Below, one piece after another: positions 18,001-36,000 of a DNA stretch of 64,000 nucleotides (position 1 is its first letter; each line of letters begins with the position of its first letter). Both the position numbers and the translations under genes were made by a program. The notes under the pieces are model-generated. The model saw only the letters and a program-made list of their open reading frames with translations. It did no database searches and was not told the DNA's origin. The stretch is from Eledone cirrhosa (Eukaryota): the NCBI GenBank assembly GCA_964016885.1, contig OZ024757.1:3968001-4032000 (forward strand). The letters run 5' to 3'.

Positions 18001-21000
18001 ATATATTCTGTTAATCTAACGTAATATATTCTGTTAATCTAATGGAATATATTCTGTTCATCTAATGGAATATATTCTGTTAATCTAACGTAATATATTC
18101 TGGCAATCTAACGTAATATTTTCTGTTAATCTAACCTAATATATCCTGGTAATCTAACGTAATATATTCTGTTTATCTAACGGAATATATTCTGTTAATC
18201 TAACGGAATATATTCTGCTAATCTAACGTAATATATTCTGTTAATCTAACGTAATATATTCTGCTCATCTAACGTAATATATTCTGCTAATCTAATGTAA
18301 TATATTCTGTTAATCTAACGTAATATATTCTAGTAATCTAATGGAATATATTCTAGTAATCTAATGTAATATATTCTAGTAATCTAATGGAATATATTCT
18401 GGTAATCTAACGGAATATATTCTAGTAATCTAATGGAATATTTTCTGGTAATCTAACGGAATATATTATGTTAATCTAATGGTATATATTCTGCTAATCT
18501 AACGTAATATATGCTGTTAATCTAACGTAATATATTCTAATAGTCTAAAGGAATATATTCTGTTAATCTAATGGAATATATTCTAGTAATCTATGGAATA
18601 TATTCTGGTAATCTAACGGAATAAATTCTAGTAATCTAATGGAATATATTCTTGTAATCTAACGGAATATATTCTGTTAATCTAACGGAATACATTATGT
18701 TAATCTAATGGAAAATATTCTGTTAATCTATTGTAATATATTATGTTAATCTAATGGAATATATTCTGTTAATCTAACGGAATATTTTCTGTTAATCTAA
18801 CGTAATAAATTCTGCTAATCTAACGTAATATATTCTGTTAATCTAACGTAATATATTCTGTTAATCTAATGGAATATATTCTTGTTCATCTAACGGAATA
18901 TATTCTGCTAATCTAACGTAATATATTCTGTTAATCTAACATATATAATCTGTTAAACTAACGTAATATATTCTGGTAATCTAACGTAATACATTCTGTT
19001 AATCTAACGGAACACATTCTGTTTATCTAACGTAATATATTCTAGTAATCTAATGGAATATATTTTGTTAATCTAACGGAATATATCCTGTTAATCTAAC
19101 GTAATACATTCTGTTAATCTAACGCAATATATTCTGGTAATCTTACGTAATATATTCTGTTAATCTAACGTAATATATTCTGTTAATCTAACGTAATATA
19201 TTCTGCTAATCTAACGTAATGTATTCTGTTAATCTAACGTAATATATTCTGGTAATCTAACGGAATATATTCTAGTAATCTAATGGAATATATTCTGTTA
19301 ATCTAAAGGAATACATTATGTTAATCTAATGGAATATATTCTGTTAATCTAATGTAATATATTATGTTAATCTATTGGAATAAATTCTGTTAATATAACG
19401 GAATATATTCTGTTAATCTAACGTAATATATTGGCTAATCTAACGTAATATATTCTGTTAATCTAACGTAATATATTCTGCTAATCTAACGTAATATATT
19501 CTGCTAATCTAAAGTAATATATTCTGTTAATCTAACGTAATATATTCTCGTAATCTAACGTAATACATTCTGGTAATCTAACGTAATATATTCTGCTAAT
19601 CTAACGTAATATATTCTGTTAATCTAACGTAATATATTCTGTTAATCTAACGTAATATATTCTGCTAATCTAACGTAATATATTCTGCTAATCTAACGTA
19701 ATATATTCTGTTAATCTAACGTATATATTCTGTTAATCTAACCTAATATATTCTGGTAATCTAACGTAATATATTCTAGTAATCTAATGAAATATATTCT
19801 GGTAATCTATCGTAATATATTCTGTTAATCAAACGGAATACATTCTGTTATACTAACGGAATACATTCTGCTAATCTAACGTAATATATTCTGTTAATCT
19901 AACGTAATATATTCTGTTAATATAACGTAATATATTCTGCTAATGTAACGTAATATATTCTGTTAATCTAACGTAATAAATTCTGGTAATCTTACGTAAT
20001 ATTATCTGTTAATCTAACGGAATACATTATGTTAATCTAATGGAATATATTCTGTTAATATAACGGAATATATTCTGTTAATCTAACGTAATATATTCTG
20101 CTAATCTAACGTAATATATTCTGTTAATCTAACGTAATATATTCTGTTAATCTAACGTAATATATTCTGTTAATCTAACGTAATATATTCTGGTAATCTA
20201 ACGTAATACATTGTAGTAATCTAACGTAATATATTCGGCTAATCTAACGTAATATATTTTGTTAATCTAACGTAAAATATTCTGTTAATCTAACGTAATA
20301 TATTCTGCTAATCTAACGTAATATATTCTGTTAATCTAACGTAATATATTCTGGTAATCTTACGTAATATATTCTGTTAATCTAACGTAATATATTCTAG
20401 TAATCTAATGGAATATATTCTGGTAATCTAACGGAATATATTCTAGTAATCTAATGGAATATATTCTTGTAATCTAACGGAATATATTCTGTTAATCTAA
20501 CGGAATACATTATGTTAATCTAACGTAATAAATTCTGCTAATTTAACGTAATATATTCTGTTAATCTAACGTAATATATTCTGTTAATCTAATGGAATAT
20601 ATTCTGTTCATCTAATGGAATATATACTGTTAATCTAATGTAATATGTTCTGTTAATCTAACATATATAATCTGTTAAACTAACGTTATATATTCTGGTA
20701 ATCTAACGTAATATATTCTGTTAATCTAACGGAATACATTCTGTTTATCTAACGTAATATATTCTAGTAATCTAATGGAATATATTTTGTTAATCTAACG
20801 GAATATATCCTGTTAATCTAACGTAATACATTCTGTTAATCTAACGTAATATATTCTGGTAATCTTACGTAATATATTCTGTTAATCTAACGTAATATAT
20901 TCTGTTAATCTAACGTAATATATTCTACTAATCTAAGGTAATGTATTCTGTTAATCTAACGTAATATATTCTGGGAATCTAACGGAATATATTCTAGTAA

Positions 21001-24000
21001 TCTAATGGAATATATTCTGTTAATCTAAAGGAATACATTATGTTAATCTAATGGAATATATTCTGTTAATCTAATGTAATATATTATGTTAATCTAATGG
21101 AATAAATTCTGTTAATATAACGGAATATATTCTGTTAATCTATCGTAATATATTGGCTAATCTAACGTAATATATTCTGTTAATCTAACGTAATATATTC
21201 TGCTAATCTAACGTAATATATTCTCGTAATCTAACGTAATACATTCTGGTAATCTAACGTAATATATTCTGCTAATCTAACGTAATATATTCTGTTAATC
21301 TAACGTAATATATTCTGTTAATCTAACGTAATATATTCTGCTAATCTAACGTAATATATTCTGTTAATCTAACGTAATATATTCTGGTAATCTTACGTAA
21401 TATATTCTGTTAATCTAACGTAATATATTCTGTTAATCTAACGTAATGTATTCTGGTAATCTAACAATATATTCTGGTAATCTAACGTAATATTTTCTGT
21501 TAATCTAACGTAATATATTCTGGTAATCTAACGTAATATATTCTAGTAATCTAATGGAAAATATTCTGGTAATCTAACGTAATATATTCTGTTAATCTAA
21601 CGGAATATATTCTGTTAATCTAACGGAATATATTCTGCTAATCTAACGTAATATATTCTGTTAATCTAACGTAATATATTCTGCTCATCTAACGTAATAT
21701 ATTCTGCTAATCTAATGAAATATATTCTGTTAATCTAACGTAATATATTCTAGTAATCTAATGGAATATATTCTAGTAATCCAATGGAATATATTCTGGT
21801 AATCTAACGGAATATATTCTAGTAATCTAATGGAATATATTCTGGTAATCTAACGGAATATATTATGTTAATCTAATGGAATATATTCTGCTAATCTAAC
21901 GTAATATATTCTGGTAATCTAACGGAATATTTTCTAGTAATCTAATGGAATATATTCTTGTAATCTAACGGAATATATTCTGTTAATCTAACGGAATACA
22001 TTATGTTAATCTAATGGAATATATTCTGTTAATCTAATGTAATATATTATGTTAATCTAATGGAATATATTCTGTTAATCTAAAGGAATATTTTCTGTTA
22101 ATCTAACGTAATAAATTCGGCTAATCTAACGTAATATATTCTGTTAATCTAACGTAATATATTCTGTTAATCTAATGGAATATATTCTGTTCATCTAATG
22201 GAATATATTCTGTTAATCTAATGTAATATGTTCTGTTAATCTAACATATATAATCTGTTAAACTAACGTAATATATTCTGGTAATGTAACGTAATATATT
22301 CTGTTAATCTAACGGAATACATTCTGTTTATCTAACGTAATATATTCTAGTAATCTAATGGAATATATTTTGTTAATCTAACGGAATATATCCTGTTAAT
22401 CTAACGTAATATATTCTGTTAATCTAACGTAATATATTCTGGTAATCTTAATTAAAATATTCTGTTAATCTAACGTAATATATTCTGTTAATCTAACGTA
22501 ATATATTCTGCTAATCTAACGTAATGTATTCTGTTAATCTAACGTAATATATTCTGGTAATCTAACGGAATATATTCTAGTAATCTAATGGAATATATTC
22601 TGTTAATCTAAAGGAATACATTATGTTAATCTCATGGAATATATTCTGTTAATCTAATGTAATATATTATGTTAATCTAATGGAATAAATTTTGTTAATA
22701 TAACGGAATATATTCTGTTAATCTAACGTAATATATTGGCTAATCTAACGTAATATATTCTGTTAATCTAACGTAATATATTCTGCTAATCTAACGTAAT
22801 ATATTCTGCTAATCTAAAGTAATATATTCTGTTAATCTAACGTAATATATTCTCGTAATCTAACGTAATACATTCTGGTAATCTAACGTAATATATTCTG
22901 CTAATCTAACGTAATATATTCTGTTAATCTAACGTGATATATTCTGTTAATCTAACGTAATATATTCTGCTAATCTAACGTAATATATTCTGTTAATCTA
23001 ACGTAATATATTCTGGTAATGTTACGTAATATATTCTGTTAATCTAACGTAATATATTTTGTTAATCTAACGTAATATATTCTGTTAATCTAACGTAATG
23101 TATTCTGGTAATCTAACATAATATATTCTGGTAATCTAACGTAATATTTTCTGTTAATCTAACGTAATATATTCTGGTAATCTAACGTAATATATTCTAG
23201 TAATCTAACGGAATATATTCTGTTAATCTAACGGAATATATTCTGCTAATCTAACGTAATATATTCTGTTAATCTAACGTAATATATTCTGCTCATCTAA
23301 CGTAATATATTCTGCTAATCTAATGAAATATATTCTGTTAATCTAACGAAATATATTCTAGTAATCTAATGGAATATATTCTAGTAATCCAATGGAATAT
23401 ATTCTGGTAATCTAACGGAATATATTCTAGTAATCTAATGGAATATATTCTGGTAATCTAACGGAATATATTATGTTAATCTAATGGAATATATTCTGCT
23501 AATCTAGCGTAATATATTCTGTTAATCTAACGTAATATATTCTAGTAATCTAATGGAATATATTCTGTTAATCTAACGTAATATATTCTGTTAATCTAAC
23601 GTAATATATTCTGTTAATCTAACGTAATATATTCTGTTAATCTAACGTAATATATTCTGGTAATCTAACGTAATATATTCTGCTAATCTAACGTAATATA
23701 TTCTGTTAATCTAACGTAATATATTCTGTTAATTTAACGTAATATATTCTGGTAATCTAACGTAATATATTCTAGTAATCTAATGAAATATATTCTGGTA
23801 ATCTAACGTAATATATTCTGTTAATCTAACGGAATACATTCTGTTAATCTACCGGAATACATTCTGTTAATCTAATGGAATATATTCTGTGAATCTAACG
23901 GAATACATTCTGTTAATCTAATGGAATATATTCTGTTAATCTAACGTAATATATTCTGTTAATCTAAAGGAATACATTCTGTTAATCTAACGTAATACAT

Positions 24001-27000
24001 TCTGTTAATCTAATGGAATATATTCTGTTAATCTAACGTAATATATTCTGGTAATGTTACGTAATATATTCTGTTAATCTAACGTAATATATTTTGTTAA
24101 TCTAACGTAATATATTCTGTTAATCTAACGTAATGTATTCTGGTAATCTAACATAATATATTCTGATAATCTAACGTAATATTTTCTGTTAATCTAACGT
24201 AATATATTCTGGTAATCTAACGTAATATATTCTAGTAATCTAATGGAAAATATTCTGGTAATCTAACGTAATATATTCTGTTAATCTAACGGAATATATT
24301 CTGTTAATCTAACGGAATATATTCTGCTAATCTAACGTAATATATTCTGTTAATCTAACGTAATATATTCTGCTCATCTAACGTAATATATTCTGCTAAT
24401 CTAATGAAATATATTCTGTTAATCTAACGTAATATATTCTAGTAATCTAATGGAATATATTCTAGTAATCCAATGGAATATATTCTGGTAATCTAACGGA
24501 AATATATTCTAGTAATCTAATGGAATATATTCTGGTAATCTAACGGAATATATTATGTTAATCTAATGGAATATATTCTGCTAATCTAACGTAATATATT
24601 CTGTTAATCTAACGTAATATATTCTAGTAATCTAATGGAATATATTCTGTTAATCTAACGTAATATATTCTGTTAATCTAACGTAATATATTCTGTTAAT
24701 CTAACGTAATATATTCTGTTAATCTAACGTAATATATTCTGGTAATCTAACGTAATATATTCTGCTAATCTAACGTAATATATTCTGTTAATCTAACGTA
24801 ATATATTCTGTTAATTTAACGTAATATATTCTGGTAATCTAACGTAATATATTCTAGTAATCTAATGAAATATATTCTGGTAATCTAACGTAATATATTC
24901 TGTTAATCTAACGGAATACATTCTGTTAATCTACCGGAATACATTCTGTTAATCTAATGGAATATATTCTGTTAATCTAACGGAATACATTCTGTTAATC
25001 TAATGGAATATATTCTGTTAATCTAACGTAATATATTCTGTTAATCTAACGGAATACATTCTGTTAATCTAACGTAATACATTCTGTTAATCTAATGGAA
25101 TATATTCTGTTAATCTAACGTAATATATTCTGTTAATCTAACGTAATACATTCTGGTAACCTAACGTAATATATTCTGCTAATCTAACGTAATATATTCT
25201 GTTAATCTAACGGAATATATTATGCTAATCTAACGTAATATATTCTGTTAATCTAACGTAATATATTCTGCTCATCTAACGTAATATATTCTGTTAATCT
25301 AACGTAATATATTCTAGTAATCTAATGGAATATATTCTAGTAATCTAATGGAATATATTCTGGTAATCTAACGGAATATATTATGTTAATCTAATGTAAT
25401 ATATTCTGCTAATCTAACGTAATATATTCTTTTAATCTAACGTAATATATTCTAGTAATCTAATGGAATATATTCTGTTAATCTAACGGAATATATCCTG
25501 TTAATCTAACGTAATACATTCTGTTAATCTAACGTAATATGTTCTGGTAATCTTACGTAATATATTCTGTTAATCTAACGTAATATATTCTGTTAATCTA
25601 ACGTAATATATTCTGCTAATCTAACGTAATGTATTCTGTTAATCTAACGTAATATATTCTGGTAATCTAACGGAATATATTCTAGTAATCTAATGGAATA
25701 TATTCTGTTAATCTAAAGGAATACATTATGTTAATCTAATGGAATATATTCTGTTAATCTAATGTAATATATTATGTTAATCTAATGGAATAAATTCTGT
25801 TAATATAACGGAATATATTCTGTTAATCTAACGTAATATATTCTGCTAATCTAACGTAATATATTCTCGTAATCTAACGTAATACATTCTGGTAATCTAA
25901 CGTAATATATTCTGCTAATCTAACGTAATATATTCTGTTAATCTAACGTAATATATTCTGTTAATCTAACGTAATATATTCTGCTAATCTAACGTAATAT
26001 ATTCTGTTAATCTAACGTAATATATTCTGGTAATCTTACGTAATATATTCTGTTAATCTAACGTAATATATTCTGTTAATCTAACGTAATGTATTCTGGT
26101 AATCTAACATAATATATTCTGGTAATCTAACGTAATATTTTCTGTTAATCTAACGTAATATATTCTGGTAATCTAACGTAATATATTCTAGTAATCTAAT
26201 GGAAAATATTCTGGTAATCTAACGTAATATATTCTGTTAATCTAACGGAATATATTCTGTTAATCTAACGGAATATATTCTGCTAATCTAACGTAATATA
26301 TTCTGTTAATCTAACGTAATATATTCTGCTTATCTAACGTAATATATTCTGCTAATCTAATGAAATATATTCTGTTAATCTAACGTAATATATTCTAGTA
26401 ATCTAATGGAATATATTCTAGTAATCCAATGGAATATATTCTGGTAATCTAACGGAATATATTCTAGTAATCTAATGGAATATATTCTGGTAATCTAACG
26501 GAATATATTATGTTAATCTAATGGAATATATTCTGCTGATCTAACGTAATATATTCTGGTAATCTAACGGAATATTTTCTAGTAATCTAATGGAATATAT
26601 TCTTGTAATCTAACGGAATATATTCTGTTAATCTAACGGAATACATTATGTTAATCTAATGGAATATATTCTGTTAATCTAATGTAATATATTATGTTAA
26701 TCTAATGGAATATATTCTGTTAATCTAAAGGAATATTTTCTGTTAATCTAACGTAATAAATTCGGCTAATCTAACGTAATATATTCTGTTAATCTAACGT
26801 AATATATTCTGTTAATCTAATGGAATATATTCTGTTCATCTAATGGAATATATTCTGTTAATCTAATGTAATATGTTCTGTTAATCTAACTTATATAATC
26901 TGTTAAACTAACGTAATATATTCTGGTAATGTAACGTAATATATTCTGTTAATCTAACGGAATACATTCTGTTTATCTAACGTAATATATTCTAGTAATC

Positions 27001-30000
27001 TAATGGAATATATTTTGTTAATCTAACGGAATATATCCTGTTAATCTAACGTAATATATTCTGTTAATCTAACGTAATATATTCTGGTAATCTTAATTAA
27101 AATATTCTGTTAATCTAACGTAATATATTCTGTTAATCTAACGTAATATATTCTGCTAATCTAACGTAATGTATTCTGTTAATCTAACGTAATATATTCT
27201 GGTAATCTAACGGAATATATTCTAGTAATCTAATGGAATATATTCTGTTAATCTAAAGGAATACATTATGTTAATCTCATGGAATATATTCTGTTAATCT
27301 AATGTAATATATTATGTTAATCTAATGGAATAAATTTTGTTAATATAACGGAATATATTCTGTTAATCTAACGTAATATATTGGCTAATCTAACGTAATA
27401 TATTCTGTTAATCTAACGTAATATATTCTGCTAATCTAACGTAATATATTCTGCTAATCTAAAGTAATATATTCTGTTAATCTAACGTAATATATTCTCG
27501 TAATCTAACGTAATACATTCTGGTAATCTAACGTAATATATTCTGCTAATCTAACGTAATATATTCTGTTAATCTAACGTAATATATTCTGTTAATCTAA
27601 CGTAATATATTCTGCTAATCTAACGTAATATATTCTGTTAATCTAACGTAATATATTCTGGTAATGTTACGTAATATATTCTGTTAATCTAACGTAATAT
27701 ATTTTGTTAATCTAACGTAATATATTCTGTTAATCTAACGTAATATATTCTGTTAATCTAACGTAATATATTCTGCTAATCTAACGTAATATATTCTGTT
27801 AATCTAACGTAATATATTCTGGTAATCTAACGTAATATATTCTAGTAATCTAACGGAATATATTCTGTTAATCTAACGGAATATATTCTGCTAATCTAAC
27901 GTAATATATTCTGTTAATCTAACGTAATATATTCTGCTCATCTAACGTAATATATTCTGCTAATCTAATGAAATATATTCTGTTAATCTAACGTAATATA
28001 TTCTAGTAATCTAATGGAATATATTCTAGTAATCCAATGGAATATATTCTGGTAATCTAACGAAATATATTCTAGTAATCTAATGGAATATATACTGGTA
28101 ATCTAACGGAATATATTATGTTAATCTAATGGAATATATTCTGCTAATCTTACGTAATATATTCTGGTAATCTAACGGAATATTTTCTAGTAATCTAATG
28201 GAATATATTCTTGTAATCAAACGGAATATATTCTGGTAATCTAACAGAATACATTATGTTAATCTAATGGAATATATTCTGTTAATCTAATGTAATATAT
28301 TATGTTAATCTAATGGAATATATTCTGTTAATCTAAAGGAATATTTTCTGTTAATCTAACGTAATACATTCGGCTAATCTAACGTAATATATTCTGTTAA
28401 TCTAACGTAATATATTCTGTTAATCTAATGGAATATATTCTGTTCATCTAATGGAATATATTCTGTTAATCTAATGTAATATGTTCTGTTAATCTAACAT
28501 ATATAATCTGTTAAACTAACGTAATATATTCTGGTAATGTAACGTAATATATTCTGTTAATCTAACGTAATATATTCTGTTAATCTAATGGAATATATTC
28601 TGTTCATCTAATGGAATATATTCTGTTAATCTAACGTAATATATTCTGGCAATCTAACGTAATATTTTCTGTTAATCTAACCTAATATATCCTGGTAATC
28701 TAACGTAATATATTCTGTTTATCTAACGGAATATATTCTGTTAATCTAACGGAATATATTCTGCTAATCTAACGTAATATATTCTGTTAATCTAACGTAA
28801 TATATTCTGCTCATCTAACGTAATATATTCTGCTAATCTAATGTAATATATTCTGTTAATCTAACGTAATATATTCTAGTAATCTAATGGAATATATTCT
28901 AGTAATCTAATGTAATATATACTAGTAATCTAATGGAATATATTCTGGTAATCTAACGGAATATATTCTAGTAATCTAATGGAATATTTTCTGGTAATCT
29001 AACGGAATATATTATGTTAAACTAATGGTATATATTCTGCTAATCTAACGTAATATATGCTGTTAATCTAACGTAATATATTCTAATAGTCTAAAGGAAT
29101 ATATTCTGTTAATCTAATGGAATATATTCTAGTAATCTATGGAATATATTCTGGTAATCTAACGGAATAAATTCTAGTAATCTAATGGAATATATTCTTG
29201 TAATCTAACGGAATATATTCTGTTAATCTAACGGAATACATTATGTTAATCTAATGGAAAATATTCTGTTAATCTATTGTAATATATTATGTTAATCTAA
29301 TGGAATATATTCTGTTAATCTAACGGAATATTTTCTGTTAATCTAACGTAATAAATTCTGCTAATCTAACGTAATATATTCTGTTAATCTAACGTAATAT
29401 ATTCTGTTAATCTAATGGAATATATTCTTGTTCATCTAACGGAATATATTCTGCTAATCTAACGTAATATATTCTGTTAATCTAACATATATAATCTGTT
29501 AAACTAACGTAATATATTCTGGTAATCTAACGTAATACATTCTGTTAATCTAACGGAACACATTCTGTTTATCTAACGTAATATATTCTAGTAATCTAAT
29601 GGAATATATTTTGTTAATCTAACGGAATATATCCTGTTAATCTAACGTAATACATTCTGTTAATCTAACGCAATATATTCTGGTAATCTTACGTAATATA
29701 TTCTGTTAATCTAACGTAATATATTCTGTTAATCTAACGTAATATATTCTGCTAATCTAACGTAATGTATTCTGTTAATCTAACGTAATATATTCTGGTA
29801 ATCTAACGGAATATATTCTAGTAATCTAATGGAATATATTCTGTTAATCTAAAGGAATACATTATGTTAATCTAATGGAATATATTCTGTTAATCTAATG
29901 TAATATATTATGTTAATCTATTGGAATAAATTCTGTTAATATAACGGAATATATTCTGTTAATCTAACGTAATATATTGGCTAATCTAACGTAATATATT

Positions 30001-33000
30001 CTGTTAATCTAACGTAATATATTCTGCTAATCTAACGTAATATATTCTGCTAATCTAAAGTAATATATTCTGTTAATCTAACGTAATATATTCTCGTAAT
30101 CTAACGTAATACATTCTGGTAATCTAACGTAATATATTCTGCTAATCTAACGTAATATATTCTGTTAATCTAACGTAATATATTCTGTTAATCTAACGTA
30201 ATATATTCTGCTAATCTAACGTAATATATTCTGCTAATCTAACGTAATATATTCTGTTAATCTAACGTATATATTCTGTTAATCTAACCTAATATATTCT
30301 GGTAATCTAACGTAATATATTCTAGTAATCTAATGAAATATATTCTGGTAATCTATCGTAATATATTCTGTTAATCAAACGGAATACATTCTGTTATACT
30401 AACGGAATACATTCTGCTAATCTAACGTAATATATTCTGTTAATCTAACGTAATATATTCTGTTAATGTAACGTAATATATTCTGCTAATGTAACGTAAT
30501 ATATTCTGTTAATCTAACGTAATAAATTCTGGTAATCTTACGTAATATTATCTGTTAATCTAACGGAATACATTATGTTAATCTAATGGAATATATTCTG
30601 TTAATATAACGGAATATATTCTGTTAATCTAACGTAATATATTCTGCTAATCTAACGTAATATATTCTGTTAATCTAACGTAATATATTCTGTTAATCTA
30701 ACGTAATATATTCTGTTAATCTAACGTAATATATTCTGGTAATCTAACGTAATACATTGTAGTAATCTAACGTAATATATTCGGCTAATCTAACGTAATA
30801 TATTTTGTTAATCTAACGTAAAATATTCTGTTAATCTAACGTAATATATTCTGCTAATCTAACGTAATATATTCTGTTAATCTAACGTAATATATTCTGG
30901 TAATCTTACGTAATATATTCTGTTAATCTAACGTAATATATTCTAGTAATCTAATGGAATATATTCTGGTAATCTAACGGAATATATTCTAGTAATCTAA
31001 TGGAATATATTCTTGTAATCTAACGGAATATATTCTGTTAATCTAACGGAATACATTATGTTAATCTAACGTAATAAATTCTGCTAATTTAACGTAATAT
31101 ATTCTGTTAATCTAACGTAATATATTCTGTTAATCTAATGGAATATATTCTGTTCATCTAATGGAATATATACTGTTAATCTAATGTAATATGTTCTGTT
31201 AATCTAACATATATAATCTGTTAAACTAACGTAATATATTCTGGTAATCTAACGTAATATATTCTGTTAATCTAACGGAATACATTCTGTTTATCTAACG
31301 TAATATATTCTAGTAATCTAATGGAATATATTTTGTTAATCTAACGGAATATATCCTGTTAATCTAACGTAATACATTCTGTTAATCTAACGTAATATAT
31401 TCTGGTAATCTTACGTAATATATTCTGTTAATCTAACGTAATATATTCTGTTAATCTAACGTAATATATTCTGCTAATCTAACGTAATGTATTCTGTTAA
31501 TCTAACGTAATATATTCTGGGAATCTAACGGAATATATTCTAGTAATCTAATGGAATATATTCTGTTAATCTAAAGGAATACATTATGTTAATCTAATGG
31601 AATATATTCTGTTAATCTAATGTAATATATTATGTTAATCTAATGGAATAAATTCTGTTAATATAACGGAATATATTCTGTTAATCTATCGTAATATATT
31701 GGCTAATCTAACGTAATATATTCTGTTAATCTAACGTAATATATTCTGCTAATCTAACGTAATATATTCTCGTAATCTAACGTAATATATTCTGGTAATC
31801 TAACGTAATATATTCTTTTAATCTAACGTAATATATTCTGTTAATCTAACGTAATATATTCTGTTAATCTAACGTAATATATTCTGCTAATCTAACGTAA
31901 TATATTCTGTTAATCTAACGTAATATATTCTGGTAATCTTACGTAATATATTCTGTTAATCTAACGTAATATATTCTGTTAATCTAACGTAATGTATTCT
32001 GGTAATCTAACAATATATTCTGGTAATCTAACGTAATATTTTCTGTTAATCTAACGTAATATATTCTGGTAATCTAACGTAATATATTCTGTTAATCTAA
32101 CGGAATATATTCTGTTAATCTAACGGAATATATTCTGCTAATCTAACGTAATATATTCTGTTAATCTAACGTAATATATTCTGCTCATCTAACGGAATAT
32201 ATTCTGCTAATCTAATGAAATATATTCTGTTAATCTAACGTAATATATTCTAGTAATCTAATGGAATATATTCTAGTAATCCAATGGAATATATTCTGGT
32301 AATCTAACGGAATATATTCTAGTAATCTAATGGAATATATTCTGGTAATCTAACGGAATATATTATGTTAATCTAATGGAATATATTCTGCTAATCTAAC
32401 GTAATATATTCTGGTAATCTAACGGAATATTTTCTAGTAATCTAATGGAATATATTCTTGTAATCTAACGGAATATATTCTGTTAATCTAACGGAATACA
32501 TTATGTTAATCTAATGGAATATATTCTGTTAATCTAATGTAATATATTATGTTAATCTAATGGAATATATTCTGTTAATCTAAAGGAATATTTTCTGTTA
32601 ATCTAACGTAATAAATTCGGCTAATCTAACGTAATATATTCTGTTAATCTAACGTAATATATTCTGTTAATCTAATGGAATATATTCTGTTCATCTAATG
32701 GAATATATTCTGTTAATCTAATGTAATATGTTCTGTTAATCTAACATATATAATCTGTTAAACTAACGTAATATATTCTGGTAATGTAACGTAATATATT
32801 CTGTTAATCTAACGGAATACATTCTGTTTATCTAACGTAATATATTCTAGTAATCTAATGGAATATATTTTGTTAATCTAACGGAATATATCCTGTAAAT
32901 CTAACGTAATATATTCTGTTAATCTAACGTAATATATTCTGGTAATCTTAATTAAAATATTCTGTTAATCTAACGTAATATATTCTGTTAATCTAACGTA

Positions 33001-36000
33001 ATATATTCTGCTAATCTAACGTAATGTATTCTGTTAATCTAACGTAATATATTCTGGTAATCTAACGGAATATATTCTAGTAATCTACTGGAATATATTC
33101 TGTTAATCTAAAGGAATACATTATGTTAATCTCATGGAATATATTCTGTTAATCTAATGTAATATATTATGTTAATCTAATGGAATAAATTTTGTTAATA
33201 TAACGGAATATATTCTGTTAATCTAACGTAATATATTTGCTTAATCTATCGTAATATATTCTGTTAATCTAACGTAATATATTCTGCTAATCTAACGTAA
33301 TATATTCTGCTAATCTAAAGTAATATATTCTGTTAATCTAACGTAATATATTCTCGTAATCTAACGTAATACATTCTGGTAATCTAACGTAATATATTCT
33401 GCTAATCTAACGTAATATATTCTGTTAATCTAACGTGATATATTCTGTTAATCTAACGTAATATATTCTGCTAATCTAACGTAATATATTCTGTTAATCT
33501 AACGTAATATATTCTGGTAATGTTACGTAATATATTCTGTTAATCTAACGTAATATATTTTGTTAATCTAACGTAATATATTCTGTTAATCTAACGTAAT
33601 GTATTCTGGTAATCTAACATAATATATTCTGGTAATCTAACGTAATATTTTCTGTTAATCTAACGTAATATATTCTAGTAATCTAACGGAATATATTCTG
33701 TTAATCTAACGGAATATATTCTGCTAATCTAACGTAATATATTCTGTTAATCTAACGTAATATATTCTGCTCATCTAACGTAATATATTCTGCTAATCTA
33801 ATGAAATATATTCTGTTAATCTAACGAAATATATTCTAGTAATCTAATGGAATATATTCTAGTAATCCAATGGATTATATTCTGGTAATCTAACGGAATA
33901 TATTCTAGTAATCTAATGGAATATATTCTGGTAATCTAACGGAATATATTATGTTAATCTAATGGAATATATTCTGCTAATCTAGCGTAATATATTCTGT
34001 TAATCTAACGTAATATATTCTAGTAATCTAATGGAATATATTCTGTTAATCTAACGTAATATATTCTGTTAATCTAACGTAATATATTCTGTTAATCTAA
34101 CGTAATATATTCTGTTAATCTAACGTAATATATTCTGGTAATCTAACGTAATATATTCTGCTAATCTAACGTAATATATTCTGTTAATCTAACGTAATAT
34201 ATTCTGTTAATTTAACGTAATATATTCTGGTAATCTAACGTAATATATTCTAGTAATCTAATGAAATATATTCTGGTAATCTAACGTAATATATTCTGTT
34301 AATCTAACGGAATACATTCTGTTAATCTACCGGAATACATTCTGTTAATCTAATGGAATATATTCTGTTAATCTAACGGAATACATTCTGTTAATCTAAT
34401 GGAATATATTCTGTTAATCTAACGTAATATATTCTGTTAATCTAACGGAATACATTCTGTTAATCTAACGTAATACATTCTGTTAATCTAATGGAATATA
34501 TTCTGTTAATCTAACGTAATATATTCTGGTAATGTTACGTAATATATTCTGTTAATCTAACGTAATATATTTTGTTAATATAACGTAATATATTCTGTTA
34601 ATCTAACGTAATGTATTCTGGTAATCTAACATAATATATTCTGGTAATCTAACGTAATATTTTCTGTTAATCTAACGTAATATATTCTGGTAATCTAACG
34701 TAATATATTCTAGTAATCTAATGGAAAATATTCTGGTAATCTAACGTAATATATTCTGTTAATCTAACGGAATATATTCTGTTAATCTAACGGAATATAT
34801 TCTGCTAATCTAACGTAATATATTCTGTTAATCTAACGTAATATATTCTGCTCATCTAACGTAATATATTCTGCTAATCTAATGAAATATATTCTGTTAA
34901 TCTAACGTAATATATTCTAGTAATCTAATGGAATATATTCTAGTAATCCAATGGAATATATTCTGGTAATCTAACGGAAATATATTCTAGTAATCTAATG
35001 GAATATATTCTGGTAATCTAACGGAATATATTATGTTAATCTAATGGAATATATTCTGCTAATCTAACGTAATATATTCTGTTAATCTAACGTAATATAT
35101 TCTAGTAATCTAATGGAATATATTCTGTTAATCTAACGTAATATATTCTGTTAATCTAACGTAATATATTCTGTTAATCTAACGTAATATATTCTGTTAA
35201 TCTAACGTAATATATTCTGGTAATCTAACGTAATATATTCTGCTAATCTAACGTAATATATTCTGTTAATCTAACGTAATATATTCTGTTAATTTAACGT
35301 AATATATTCTGGTAATCTAACGTAATATATTCTAGTAATCTAATGAAATATATTCTGGTAATCTAACGTAATATATTCTGTTAATCTAACGGAATACATT
35401 CTGTTAATCTACCGGAATACATTCTGTTAATCTAATGGAATATATTCTGTTAATCTAACGGAATACATTCTGTTAATCTAATGGAATATATTCTGTTAAT
35501 CTAACGTAATATATTCTGTTAATCTAACGGAATACATTCTGTTAATCTAACGTAATACATTATGTTAATCTAATGGAATATATTCTGTTAATCTAACGTA
35601 ATATATTCTGTTAATCTAACGTAATACATTCTGGTAACCTAACGTAATATATTCTGCTAATCTAACGTAATATATTCTGTTAATCTAACGGAATATATTA
35701 TGCTAATCTAACGTAATATATTCTGTTAATCTAACGTAATATATTCTGCTCATCTAACGTAATATATTCTGTTAATCTAACGTAATATATTCTAGTAATC
35801 TAATGGAATATATTCTAGTAATCTAATGGAATATATTCTGGTAATCTAACGGAATATATTATGTTAATCTAATGTAATATATTCTGCTAATCTAACGTAA
35901 TATATTCTTTTAATCTAACGTAATATATTCTAGTAATCTAATGGAATATATTCTGTTAATCTAACGGAATATATTCTGTTAATCTAACGTAATATATTCT